NCBI RefSeq assembly: GCF_009914755.1
Contig: NC_060934.1
Strand: one strand, 5' to 3'
Length of the DNA: 64,000 bases
Origin: the human T2T-CHM13v2.0 reference genome, Homo sapiens
Shown here piece after piece: positions 40,623 through 51,730 of the stretch. The translations under genes were made by a program, and so were the position numbers. The notes under the pieces were generated by a model. The model was not told the DNA's origin. It ran no database searches and worked only from the letters and a program-made list of their open reading frames with translations. Positions within the stretch are counted from its first letter, which is position 1. Each line of letters starts with the position of its first letter.

Positions 40623-43454
40623 GGTCTGGGTTTTGTGGCACCACATGTTCGGTCTCATCTCCTCCCAAATCCTGTTAAATTTCCCTGAATTTAGGACCAG
40701 GCCCAATGCCATGGACACAGTAGACCCTCAATAAATGAGTAATCAAATTGATGGTGAAGAACTGATTTTTTTTCCTGTTAACCCTCCCTAGCAGGGTTTT
40801 TATTAATGGGGTTTTCAGCAGCTTGCGATTGAAAGGCCGCCTTGCCCCAGGGTACAATGAAGTCAGGACCCCCAGGAGGGAGGCTCCGTGTGGCTGGGGG
40901 AGGGGAGTAACAGAATGAGCATAAAATCGCAGGGAGATGCCCCACAGCTGCCCCGGGGGTCCTGGGGGCTGGCTCTGTGGAGGTAGAGGAGCAGAGGTGC
41001 CTTCAGCATCCGATGCTCCTGCCTGTGTCTGGGTCTCCTCTCCACGCCTGCTCCTTCCCCATCACCCTGTTCTCTGTGGCCATTGCAGGTGTTGTAAGCC
41101 ACATCAAATCCACTTGAAATGGGGTGAAATGAATCTACCAATACCTGAATCAGTCAGTAGCAACCTGAGGTGATCATGTAGTTTTCTGGTTGCCTGAGGC
41201 TTGCATTTCAGGCTCAGCTTCAACAGGTTCCAGTGGCCATGGGGACAGGAAGTGCACGCCTCCCCCAAGGGTCTTAGCTCACCCAAGGCTGCAGTGTGAG
41301 GGCCACATTTCCTGGGGGCCACCCCATGGCACTGGCTACCCCAGGGGTGCTGAGACAGGCCTGTTCCTGGAGACCACCTAGACCCTCCAATATCACCTGC
41401 TTCTGTCTAAGCTCTGAAATCCCCTTCCGGCGTGGTGGTGCCTCCCCTGTGCAGCCCCACCCAGAACCCCTCTTTCCACCTGTGCAGTGTGCCCCAGCTT
41501 CCCCGCAGGGTGGCAGTTCAGGGCTCACTCCCCAGCTTCCCACTTACTGCCCACCTACCCCTCTAGACAGAGGTTCTGCCAGGGCGGGGCTTTCCTGTTT
41601 CCTTTGGTTCTGTCAGATCCCAGCATGGACCGATCCCGAAGTGCAGTCCCTCAGAGGGTGGAGTGGGCATTTATGTGGGCTATTTGGTAATGACAGCAAT
41701 GTCGCCTCTCCCTGACGACTCTACCAGGTTGGCCCTGCATGCTTCTGTGTGCTGCAGGTGAGCTTGGCTCATGGCTGCTGATCACTGCAGCCCCTTCCCA
41801 GCCACACGCCAGGCCCAAGGTGATGCATGCTGGGCCATGCCAGGCACCTGTGATGAAATGCTCAGTTGTGTGAAGGTGCTGGCCAGCCCACGAGAGCTGG
41901 AATGCCAGAGTCACACTCAGTTACAAGGTGGAGCCATCAGCACAGCAGGCAGGCGTGAGGGTGAGGACGCGGTCGGGAGGAATCTCACTTCCCCTGCAGA
42001 CCCTTGGGAGAGATGCAGGGGACACAGGGCGAGGACTGGGAGGTGAGGTTCCAGCAGGGGCAGGGTTAGCCCTGCATGGGGCCTTTCCTTGAGGTTTCTC
42101 TGTAGGGTGTCCCCTGAGCCCTGAGGCCACACCCCTCGGCTGCTGAACCTGCCTGTGCTATGACAGTTCATTGTCCTGGACAATAAGGCACTAGAACAGA
42201 GGGGGTGTTGATAATTAAGCCAAGCTCCATGCTGTGGAAAGCGGGTGCCCACTCAACACCCCAGGGTCTAAGGGGACGTGGCAGGTTTCACTCCCAGACT
42301 GGCCCTAATGCAGAAGAGAAGGGAGAAACCACCAGGTTCCCACATTGCCATCCAGGCATCTTTTCCGGGCTGAGTTTTCTGCAAGGCTTGTCGGGTCCAT
42401 CAGAGGTAAAAACTGCAACGCACACCTAATTATACCTAATTTGCTATTGATTAACTATTTATTCTAACAGAACCACTGTAAAACTGTCCTGTGTGTTTAA
42501 CTATCAAAATAAAGGAGTGCTGGCACCTTCTGCATTTTCAAACATTCTATGCTCTAGGTCAAAGTTCAGCATTTTTATTGACTCTAAACAGGAGATGGAA
42601 AACCACATTAGAAAAAGTGGAATTAAAAAAAAAAAGAAAACTGGAAATGCCTTTTTATTAGAAAATGGCCTCATGGGCATGGCTGGCTTTCAGGAGTAAG
42701 TTCATGGAGGATCCCTTTTGATGTGTCAGTACTGGAACAAGCGAGGTTTTGAGTATTTTCAGTAGCAGCTTTGTTCAAAGTTAATCTTGTGGATATCAAA
42801 CCACCTCTTGGAAGGAGGAAGAATATCTATTTTCATGTTTACATTACAAAAGAGCTTATAAATTAGTGGGTTTCACTAAAAGTTGTATTGAAGTAAGCTG
42901 TGGGTTTTGTGTGAGGTGTGAGGTGTGCCCACACACCTATATATCTCGTTTATCTAGCTTCATCCAGACAAAACAGTGTTCACATTTAATTTTTCAGATA
43001 ACTGAAATAAAGCTGTCTAAGAGTAAAGTCTTTATAAAATTGTAAGCACTTTTATTAATGCACTTCTGGGATATTTTTCTTACTCCCCCTGCTTTTGAAA
43101 ACAGAAACTACATCATAACGTAATCTTTTAAAGGTACTACATCGCCAAAATGGGCATCAATTAAAACCCTGGAAAGTAACTTTGAAATAATCCCCCTTGT
43201 GTTAGTAGAACAATGTATGCTCATCTGGGGCCTCAGATGACGTCGAACCTAGGGACTCATGGCGTCTCCTCCACCAGGAATCCCTGCCAGCCTCCCAGGG
43301 TCCACGTGTAATTCTACTTTTCTCTTCTGCCATGACTCCTAGCCCAAAGACAAATACTTCTTTGCAATCTCATATTGTGCTAATTTTACAACATCTGATA
43401 TTTTTGGGGTGGTATTAGATAGCTTCACTTTCATACTGGTTGAGAGGTTGGGGG

Positions 43455-43502
43455 AAAGAGAGAGAGGGAAAGAGAGAAAAAGGGAGAGAGAGAGAGAGAG
43501 AG
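43455..43502. repeat. (GA)n-rich purine tract
   Basis: Direct reading. Confidence 0.85.
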
Positions 43503-43950
43503 CTGCTAATAATATACAACTCTATTCCTCTAGTGCGTGGTCTTGTGAATGACGCACACTTGTTGCATAAAAGGCCTTTCTCTTCATATTGGGGTGTTGG
43601 CTATGACTTGAGATTTGGGACTCTCACGCGTCTTCATGTGGGATGTGCCAGCTTTGACTCTGTGACTAGAACTGACTTCTTTAGGCCAATGTGCTCAAAG
43701 ATAATAATGGTAATTAATCTTTTTTTAATGTGCCTATTATATATGGGAAGGTTATCTTAAAATTAAAATTATCTTCAAGGCTTATTTATCCTGTTGCCCA
43801 GAGAATGCTGTGGATTTTTTTTCCATGCCATGAAGTAGAGGCATTAGGATGGGCCAGAAAAAAACAAAGCAAATTCCTTCAAAGATAAGATACTTTAAGT
43901 TGAAAAATCAAGGAACTCTCTCTTCCTAAAGCAGTGGTACCCATCTAGTG

Positions 43951-43953
<3 letters not shown>

Positions 43954-43983
<30 letters not shown>
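43954..43983. repeat. (TG)n microsatellite
   Basis: About 15 perfect TG units. Confidence 0.95.
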
Positions 43984-43984
<1 letters not shown>

Positions 43985-44759
43985 TGTTTAACAAAAGTTC
44001 TCATAAAACTTAGGGTTTCTGATTAACTCAGTGATGCCAAATTCTATTTTTTTTTTCCACAACGTACACCATAGAAAGCATGCAGCCTTGTGAAAAGTTC
44101 GAAAAGAGGTCTTCAGATTCAGAGTCTCCAGGTGGCCAATTTCTTCTGATCTAGATTTTCAAAAAAGTATGAAAGCAGCAAAAAGTTATTAAGCAAAGCT
44201 CAATGGCACAGCTCAACTTCAGTACGTTGCTTCTTGTAGTACTGCAAATTCTAATTAATGGCTTGCTCATTGCACACAGGAAGTGAGATTTAGCCTAGGG
44301 AAAAGAAAGCAAGGAGTAACTCAAGGAATTTGATAAATCATATTTTTTTATGTTTAAAATTCCTTCTTTTTAAAAGCGGTGAAAATGTAACACTTTCTCT
44401 TCCTCTTACTGGAAATTTTCAAATAATTTTGTCTTTCCTCCTCTCTTGGCCTCAGACAGATTATGGAGATAATGCACTCACCATCTCTCTCCCCTCTGAA
44501 GCCACGGTTTCCTGAAGGTCTCCCATTTCTGGAGTCTCTCGAGGCCTCCAACAGAAGGCAGCATCTCCTGTGCTGCAGGCGGTTACCAAGTAACAGACCT
44601 CAGAAGCCTTCCAAGGTCCAAGGATGTAAATGCAGTATGTCCTCTAAGCCGAGCGCAGGGTGCTGGAATCCGAGAGCCAGGGGCCATGGTGAGAGCTTCC
44701 TTTGCTGGGAGGCACGGATGGGATGAACTCCCTGGAGGTGGAAGGGCAGCCTCCCTCCC

Positions 44760-45525
44760 GGTCTTTCTCTCCTGTCTCTCCCTCTCTATCTCTGTCTCTG
44801 ATTCTCTCTCTTTCTCTCTGCTCTCAGTTTCTCTCTGGTTCTGTTTCTCCCCGTCTCTGTCTCTCTTTATCTGATTCTCTGTCTCTCTTTATCTGATTCT
44901 CTGTGTCTGCCTCAGTCTCTCTCTATCTCAGTCTCTCTCTCTCTTTCTGTGTCTCTCTGTCTCTTATCTGATCCTGTGTGTGTCTGTGTATCTCTTCTGT
45001 CTCTAGCTGTCTCTCTCTGTGTCTCTGTGTCTCTCTGTCTGATTCTCTCTCTCTGTCTCTATCTGATTCTGTCTGATGCTGTCTCTCTCTCTCTCTGTAT
45101 CTTATTCTCCCTGTCTCTCTCTGTGTCTCTCTATCTCTATCTGATTGTCTTTTTCTGCCTCTCTCTGTCTCTATCTGATTCTCTCTCTCTCTGTATGTCT
45201 CTCTGTCTGATTCTCTCTGTTTTTCTCTGTCTCTCTCTCTATGTAGCTCTTCTGTCTCTCTCTATCTGATTCTGTCTCTCTCTGTCTCTATCTGATTCTC
45301 TGATTCTCTCTGTTTTTCTCTGTCTCTCTGTGTATCTCTTGTCTTTCTCTGTCTCTATCTGATACTGTCTCTGTCTGATTCTCTCTGTTTTTCTCTCTCT
45401 GTGTATCTCTTTTCTCTCTCTGTCTCTGTCTGATTCTGTCTGTCTCTTTTTCTGTCTCTATCTGATTCTGCCTGATTCGCGTCTCTCTCTGTCTCTGATT
45501 CTCTCTGTCTCTCTATCTCTCTCTC
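44760..45525. repeat. ~760-bp TC-rich low-complexity tract with recurring TCTGATTCT motif
   Basis: (TC)n/(TCTG)n with TATCTGATTCTCT repeated many times. Confidence 0.93.
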
Positions 45526-45949
45526 ACTCCATTGGCATCAGCACAGGACCCAGTGGTGCAGGGGAAGCTCCCAGCCATACAGGACAAGCCTCTGTCACGA
45601 CAGCCCTTGCTGGTGTCTGCATCAGGAGGTCTCCTTGGCGATGAGGTCTAAGGAGCAACTGGCATCAGAACAGAGCCTCCAACCTGCCTTAGGTCGTCAA
45701 GACTTTGAAGCAAGAGCCTCAGATGCAATTAGCAGGACCTGCCTTTGTGTCGTGTGCTCTGAGCTAGTCTCGCGGAGGCTGCTATTGTTTGGGGTTCAGC
45801 TGTCAGTATTGTTATCCTGCAAAATCTCTGAATTTCCACTTCTCTGTCCAAGTGCCATGAAGCCAGCCAAGTGGGGAGAAAGGGTTCTTCTGAGATTGAT
45901 TTTTTCCCAGACACTGTGGTTCTGTTCAATTGAATTCACTCAAGTTGTG

Positions 45950-46245
45950 GTTAACATAAGCACTACGGAGAGTATGACATGTCAAATTAGCAGCTTTGCA
46001 AATCTCCTGTTAATTGTCAGCCTAATTAAAAAATTGCTAATTATAATGTTTATAACTTCAAATAACTGCTCAGCTATAAAGTAGGCCTGTCAGGTGTAAA
46101 CAGGGGACTGGAGGGAAAAAGTCAATCGACATCTGTTAATTTATCAGCGGCAGTATACCAAATTGAAAAATAGATTGCCTATTGCACTGTAAATCTGCAT
46201 TACAATGAAAAGACCGAATCATTCCACACCTGCTAAATAAACGGG
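45950..46245. promoter_or_regulatory. Candidate conserved non-coding element / developmental enhancer
   Basis: Unique AT-rich island with clustered TAATT(A/G), TGTCA, GTAAACA and ACAATG motifs. Conservation is inferred, not measured. Confidence 0.5.
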
Positions 46246-46639
46246 GATGGGAGTCCTTCCTGGCCTGCCCCGGGCTCCTCTGCTGCTCACATCCCCGTCC
46301 TGTCTATGAGCTGGGGGAAGGCCGGAGCCAGGCACAGGGACAGAAAATGGGGGTCCCCACGCGACATCTAAAAAACGAAAAAACCAAACTGACTAAAACG
46401 TGCACAGAAACACGATTCAGACAGTGGGAGCGGGGTGATCCCTCTTCCCTGGAAGGAGCCTGGAGCCCCACTGCCGGCCCCGGTCACTTTAGTCTGAATT
46501 CTCAGCGCGTCTCCAGCTGCAGAACGATGAGGCTGGAATACAATGCCTTTGTCTCTAAGATCCGGGCAATCCCAGCCCAACTTTCAGAGCCTGGTGAACT
46601 CGCCTATGCCCACATCTGCAGGGGTAGCTCCTGCTGGGC

Positions 46640-47105
46640 CCTGCCCCATCTGGGCAACCCATCATGCTGCTTCCAGTAGTTCCTCCGCCTGCCTTCCCTC
46701 CTCTCCTCCAGTGTCCTGTGAGACTCCGGGGCAGGGGCTGTCTCCACCCTCTTCCTCCATTGCCTGCCCTGCCTGGGCGACCCATCATGCTGCTTCTGGG
46801 TTCATCTGCCTGCCTTCCCTCCTCTCCTCCAGTGTCCTGTGAGACTCCGGGGCAGGGGCTGTCTCCACCCTCTTCCTCCATTGCCTGCCCTGCCTGGGCG
46901 ACCCATCATGCTGCTTCTGGGTTCATCTGCCTGCCTTCCTTCCTCTCCTCCACTGTCCTGTGAGACCCCGGGGCAGGGGCTGTCTCCACCCTCTTCCTCC
47001 ATTGCCTGCCCTGCCTGGGCAACCCATCATGCAGCTTCCTGGTTCATCCGCCTGCCTTCCTTGCTCTCCTCCAGTATCCTGTGTCCACCCTCCTCCTCCA
47101 TCGCC
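46640..47105. repeat. Minisatellite, 121-bp unit x ~3.8
   Basis: CCCATCATGCTGCTTC...GTCCTGTGAGACTCCGGGGCAGGGGCTGTCTCCACCCTC recurs at 121-bp spacing. Confidence 0.95.
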
Positions 47106-47244
47106 CCCTTCCAGTCTGGGGAGTGGAGCATGCAGAATAGAAGCTCCCTGTGACCGAGCCTGTGCTCACAAAGCACTGGCTACTTCCTGGAGGATAATCA
47201 TCAATCCCCTTCTGCAGGTGCACTAACAGCACTTGGGTGTTGTT

Positions 47245-47370
47245 TAGTTTGGTTCAACAAACATTTATTGAGCATTTCACTCTGTGTCAGGAATTATTAA
47301 TTATTAATATATTCAGATGAGGGAAGCAAAGTCGGTCGTAAGGTCCCACCTTTGGGAAGTTTACAGATGA
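47245..47370 (-). mobile_element. L2 3' end fragment
   Basis: TTCAACAAACATTTATTGAGCA...TGTGTCAGG. Confidence 0.7.
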
Positions 47371-47769
47371 GTGTGACTATGTATGTTGGATTAAACTGGG
47401 GTGGAATGGTGGCCAGTCATGTCAGCCACAGGTAACTGCATGTAATGAGGGGTAAAGAAGGAACGAATAGCTCCAGTATCTGGGGCTCCAGAGCCCCTGG
47501 GATTTTGCCCTGTCAACCAGAACACGTAAGGCCCAAGACCCCAGAAAAAGGGTGGATTTGTCTTATAATTGTGCCCCTCTGATGTTTCCTGTTGGGACCC
47601 CGTGTATCAGGTGAGCAGTAGCAGAGTTGGATCCAGTGTCGGGGTATCCATGGACACCTGCCCATCCCCAGCCCTGCACCTTGGCCCCAAAGTCTCTGAA
47701 CTTTTGATCCGCACTGTGTCAGTATACGTCTGGCCTTGCCTTCATTCCACTGCATGTTTAACCACATTC

Positions 47770-48185
47770 TGATAGAGCAGGAGCATCACCATCTTGGACA
47801 AACGCCACCATTTTAAGTTCTCCTTGATTAAAAACCACCTAAATCCAGCCCCAAAACATCAGCCTAATGGCTAATGTCAGCATGACCAGAAACATTCCAA
47901 CCCTGAGATAAACCCCCCCTCTGACCAGAAACATGCCAACCCTGAGATAACCTCGTCTCCAAACAGAGGCATTCCAACCCTGCAATAAACTTTCCCTCAC
48001 ACAGAAACATTCCGAGCCTGCGATAAGCTCCCCTCCCTAAACCCTTAAATACCCTTAGTCTGTAAGAGAGTGCTCCTGACCGAAATCAGCCAGAAGCCCC
48101 TCTCAGGTTTATTTTCCAAAATAAACCTGTCTTTGACTGTGAAGCCACTTTTCATGTTTCCTTTCTTCTTTCTTTAACTCTTACA
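47770..48185 (+). mobile_element. Intact solo ERV1 LTR (LTR19-like), 416 bp, perfect 5-bp TSD
   Basis: TGATAGAGCAGGAGCATCACCATCTTGGAC ... CTTTAACTCTTACA; TG/CA termini; TSD CATTC at 47765-47769 and 48186-48190; TATA-like CTTAAATA and AATAAA poly(A) signal. Confidence 0.88.
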
Positions 48186-48974
48186 CATTCCCCAGGCCCT
48201 GTCCCCGTCGTCACTTTCTCTGGGTCATAATTGGGTACATTCCCAGTGGTTTTGTGTACCTTAGCTAGAGGGAGGGTGGGTTTCCACGGTTTCCTGATTC
48301 ACAGATGGCCTATGTCTCACAGGTTATCCCTTTCTTCCCCACCCAAACGTCCTCTCATCTCATCTCCCAATAGAGGAAAAAGAGAATTAGAAAGCTTCAC
48401 TGCCTTGGGCCAGGTTTCTTTCCTTCATGGTCTTTATTTTACAGGATGCCTTGGAAGTTGTCTGTCTGAAGAGGCAGCTAGGGTTGGGGGAGGGCCCCGG
48501 CAAGCACCTAGAGTGCAGACAAGTTAAGCAGAGGGTGGGCTTTAGCCAGGGAAGCAGAGCCAGGGTGGGGAGTACAGAACCAGCCCAGAGCAGAGACAGA
48601 GGGAGGGCACCATGTGAGGGTCGGCATTCACCGAGCAGACAGGAACCAGCAGTCACACTGCCCAGGATCCTCTTCCAAACCTGCCTCAGATAATGTCACA
48701 ATCACTCCCATTGCACAGACAGATACTTCAGGCACTGACTTTCACACACTTGCCCTAAATTTCCCAAGTGCAAAGGGACGGGGAGAATCAGGCACTCAAG
48801 TCTCTGGGCAGCTTCACCGTCTTCCCTCTACGGAACCGCACTGCTGCTGGGGAGGGAAAGGGGCTAGGAGCTATAAATCAGGCTGAAGAAAGGGAAATGC
48901 AGGCACTGAGGCAGCGGCAGACGCTCTGACAGATGAACCTGCACTGCAGCTGCTCCTCTCAGGGCATGTGCATT

Positions 48975-49553
48975 GAGCCCAGGAGTCCCCAGGGAGGTCC
49001 ACACCCTAAGCCCGGGACCCAGACATGTTACTTTTCAGCGTTGAAGGTGCTTTAAGGATGTGGTTAAGGTTACTGACCCTGCAGTGGGAGGATGTCCCAG
49101 ACTATTCTTGGAAGGGTTATTGGCCCAATCCAATAACCCTTCAAAGCAGAGAACTTTCTCCCACTAAAATCAGAGAGGTTTGGAGGTGAGGGGAGCCCGG
49201 TCCACGGGTTTGAGGAGGAATTCATCCAGGCAGCCTCCAGGAGCCCAGGCTGGCCCCAGCGGAGAGGAGATGGGCCTCCATCCTCGGCCTCAGGAACTGA
49301 ATTCAGCCAGTGCCCTGATTGAACTGGGGCAGGGCCCTTGGAGCCCCCTGCAGAGCTTCCCCATGTACCCCTTCCCCCACCCAGAGCCTGACCTGCCTGC
49401 TCTTGGTTCCGGCCTTGCAAGGGTTTTTCAGAGGACTCAGTGCAGCCACGTGGGCCCAGACTTCTGACTCACGGAACCATGAGGTAACAAATGGCATGGT
49501 TTTATGCTGCTTAGTTTGTGGTAATTTTACCACAGCTATTAAAAACTAGAGCG
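48975..49553 (+). mobile_element. MLT1 (MaLR) LTR, MLT1D/E-like
   Basis: GTCCACACCCTAAGCCC...GGATGTGGTTAAGG...AGGAACTGAATTCAGCCA...AGACTTCTGACTCAC...AGTTTGTGGTAATTT...CAGCTATTAAAAACTA. Confidence 0.78.
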
Positions 49554-50534
49554 AGTTTATTTCCTGTTCCAGAACTGTCAAATCTGGGTGAGGCTAGGGT
49601 CTGCAGTGAACTACGGCCCCTCAAAACCCATGGCTTCCAGCAGGCCAGAGACAGAGGACAGCAGGGAGGAGTCCGCAGGCTCCGGTTGCAACAATTCACA
49701 TCATTTCCGCTCCTGCTGTGACCACGCCGGGTGCCCAGGGTGCTGGGCAGGAAGTTGGGGCGACGTCTCCCAGCAGTGCCCCTCTAGGGGAAGAAGCACT
49801 GGCTCCTGACGGGCAGCGGCCACCTCTGCTCTGGTTTCTACGGACCAGACATTTGTACACATGTGGCCTGGGAGCATCAGCAGAACGCCAGGGTGTGACC
49901 CAGAGAACTGCCAATCAACCAGACGCGGAACACGACATCACCAGGCAGACACAGGACAAAGCTAAATTTAAGTCCAGTGGATGTGATTAGCTGCAATGTT
50001 CAATTGAATTATTTGGTAAACTCAGTTAATAAATTTTATAAATTCAATATATTTTATAGTGTGCAATTAAAGTATTTTAAAAGTGATCAACTATTTTAGA
50101 GCAGTTTTCGGTTTACAGAAAAGTTGAGCAGAAAGTACAGAGACTTCCCATACATGCCGCCTCCTTGTACACAGTTTGTCCTACTATTAACATCTTGCAT
50201 CCATGTGCGCATTGATTACGACTGATGAAGCAGTATTGATGCATTATTATTGGCTCTATTTACATCTGGGTTACTCTGCGTGGTGCGGCTCTGAGAATTG
50301 CGACAAGTGCATCTCCCCGCCGTGGCTGCTACAGAGCGCTGCTACAGAGCGCTGCCACTCCCGAAACGCCCTCCGTGCTCCGCCTGCTCATCCCTCCCTC
50401 CCCGCCACCCCTGGCAACCATGAATCTTTTTACTGTCCGCGTAGTTTCGCTCTTTTCAGAACATCATAGAGTTGAAATCACATAGTTTGTAACCTTTGCA
50501 GATGGGCTTCTTTCACTTAATAATGTGCATTTAA

Positions 50535-50867
<333 letters not shown>

Positions 50868-51003
50868 AGGTCATTTCTTTTTAGCATGAAATATCATTCC
50901 CTGGTCCGAACGTGCTACTGTTTATCCATTCACCCACTGAAGGACATCTGGCTGCTGCCGAGTTTTGGCAATGATGAATAGTGTGGCTGTAAACAGCTGT
51001 TTC

Positions 51004-51268
51004 TGTGCAGTTTCTGTGTGCCTGTGTTTTCACGCCTGTGGGTCAGTGTGCGGGTTTGTGTGTGTCCGCGTTTCCATGCCTGTTGGTCAGTATGTGGGTT
51101 TCTGTGTGCCCGTGTTTCTGTGCCTGTGGGTCAGTATGTGGGTTTCTGTGTGTCCGTGTTTCCATGCCTGTTGGTCAGTGTGTGGGTTTCTGTGTGCCCG
51201 TGTTTCCATGCCTGCTGGTCAGTGTGTGGGTTTCTGTGTGCCTGTGTTTCCATGCCTGTGGGTCAGTA
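51004..51268. repeat. Minisatellite, 44-bp unit x 6, inside L1MC
   Basis: GGTCAGT at 51041, 51085, 51129, 51173, 51217 and 51261. Confidence 0.96.
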
Positions 51269-51514
51269 TCAAGGTATGCACTTGCTGAATCGTATGAACA
51301 GAGTGTGTTCAGCTTTGCAGGAAACTTCCAGACCACTCTCCACAGTGGCTGCACCATCCTGCACTCCCACCAGCAATGAATGAGGGTTTCTGTTGCTCCA
51401 CATCCTTCAAAGACCTGACCTAACGACCCACAAATGCTGCTGTCACGGCTTCTTTCTAAGAGGCTTCACGGTCCAGAGAAATGCATTTCACGAATGGCCT
51501 TTAGCAGTTGGTAA

Positions 51515-51730
51515 GAAGAATTGCTGTTTACGGCGAGCAGGCTGTGTGCTGGGCATCTCTCATGTTCATCATCTCATTTCATCATCTCGGTCGTCTGGTA
51601 GGAGTGCACTAGCCTCCCTCAATTTCTGACAAGTAGCTGAAGACTGGGGAGATGAAGTAACTTCTCAAAGATCACAGTCAGCAGACGGCAAGGGGAACGT
51701 GGGACTCCCATGCGGCTGACTCTGGGGGCC
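51515..51730 (-). mobile_element. MIR fragment
   Basis: CATCTCATTTCATC...GATGAAGTAACTTCTCAAAGATCACAG...GCTGACTCTG. Confidence 0.6.
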
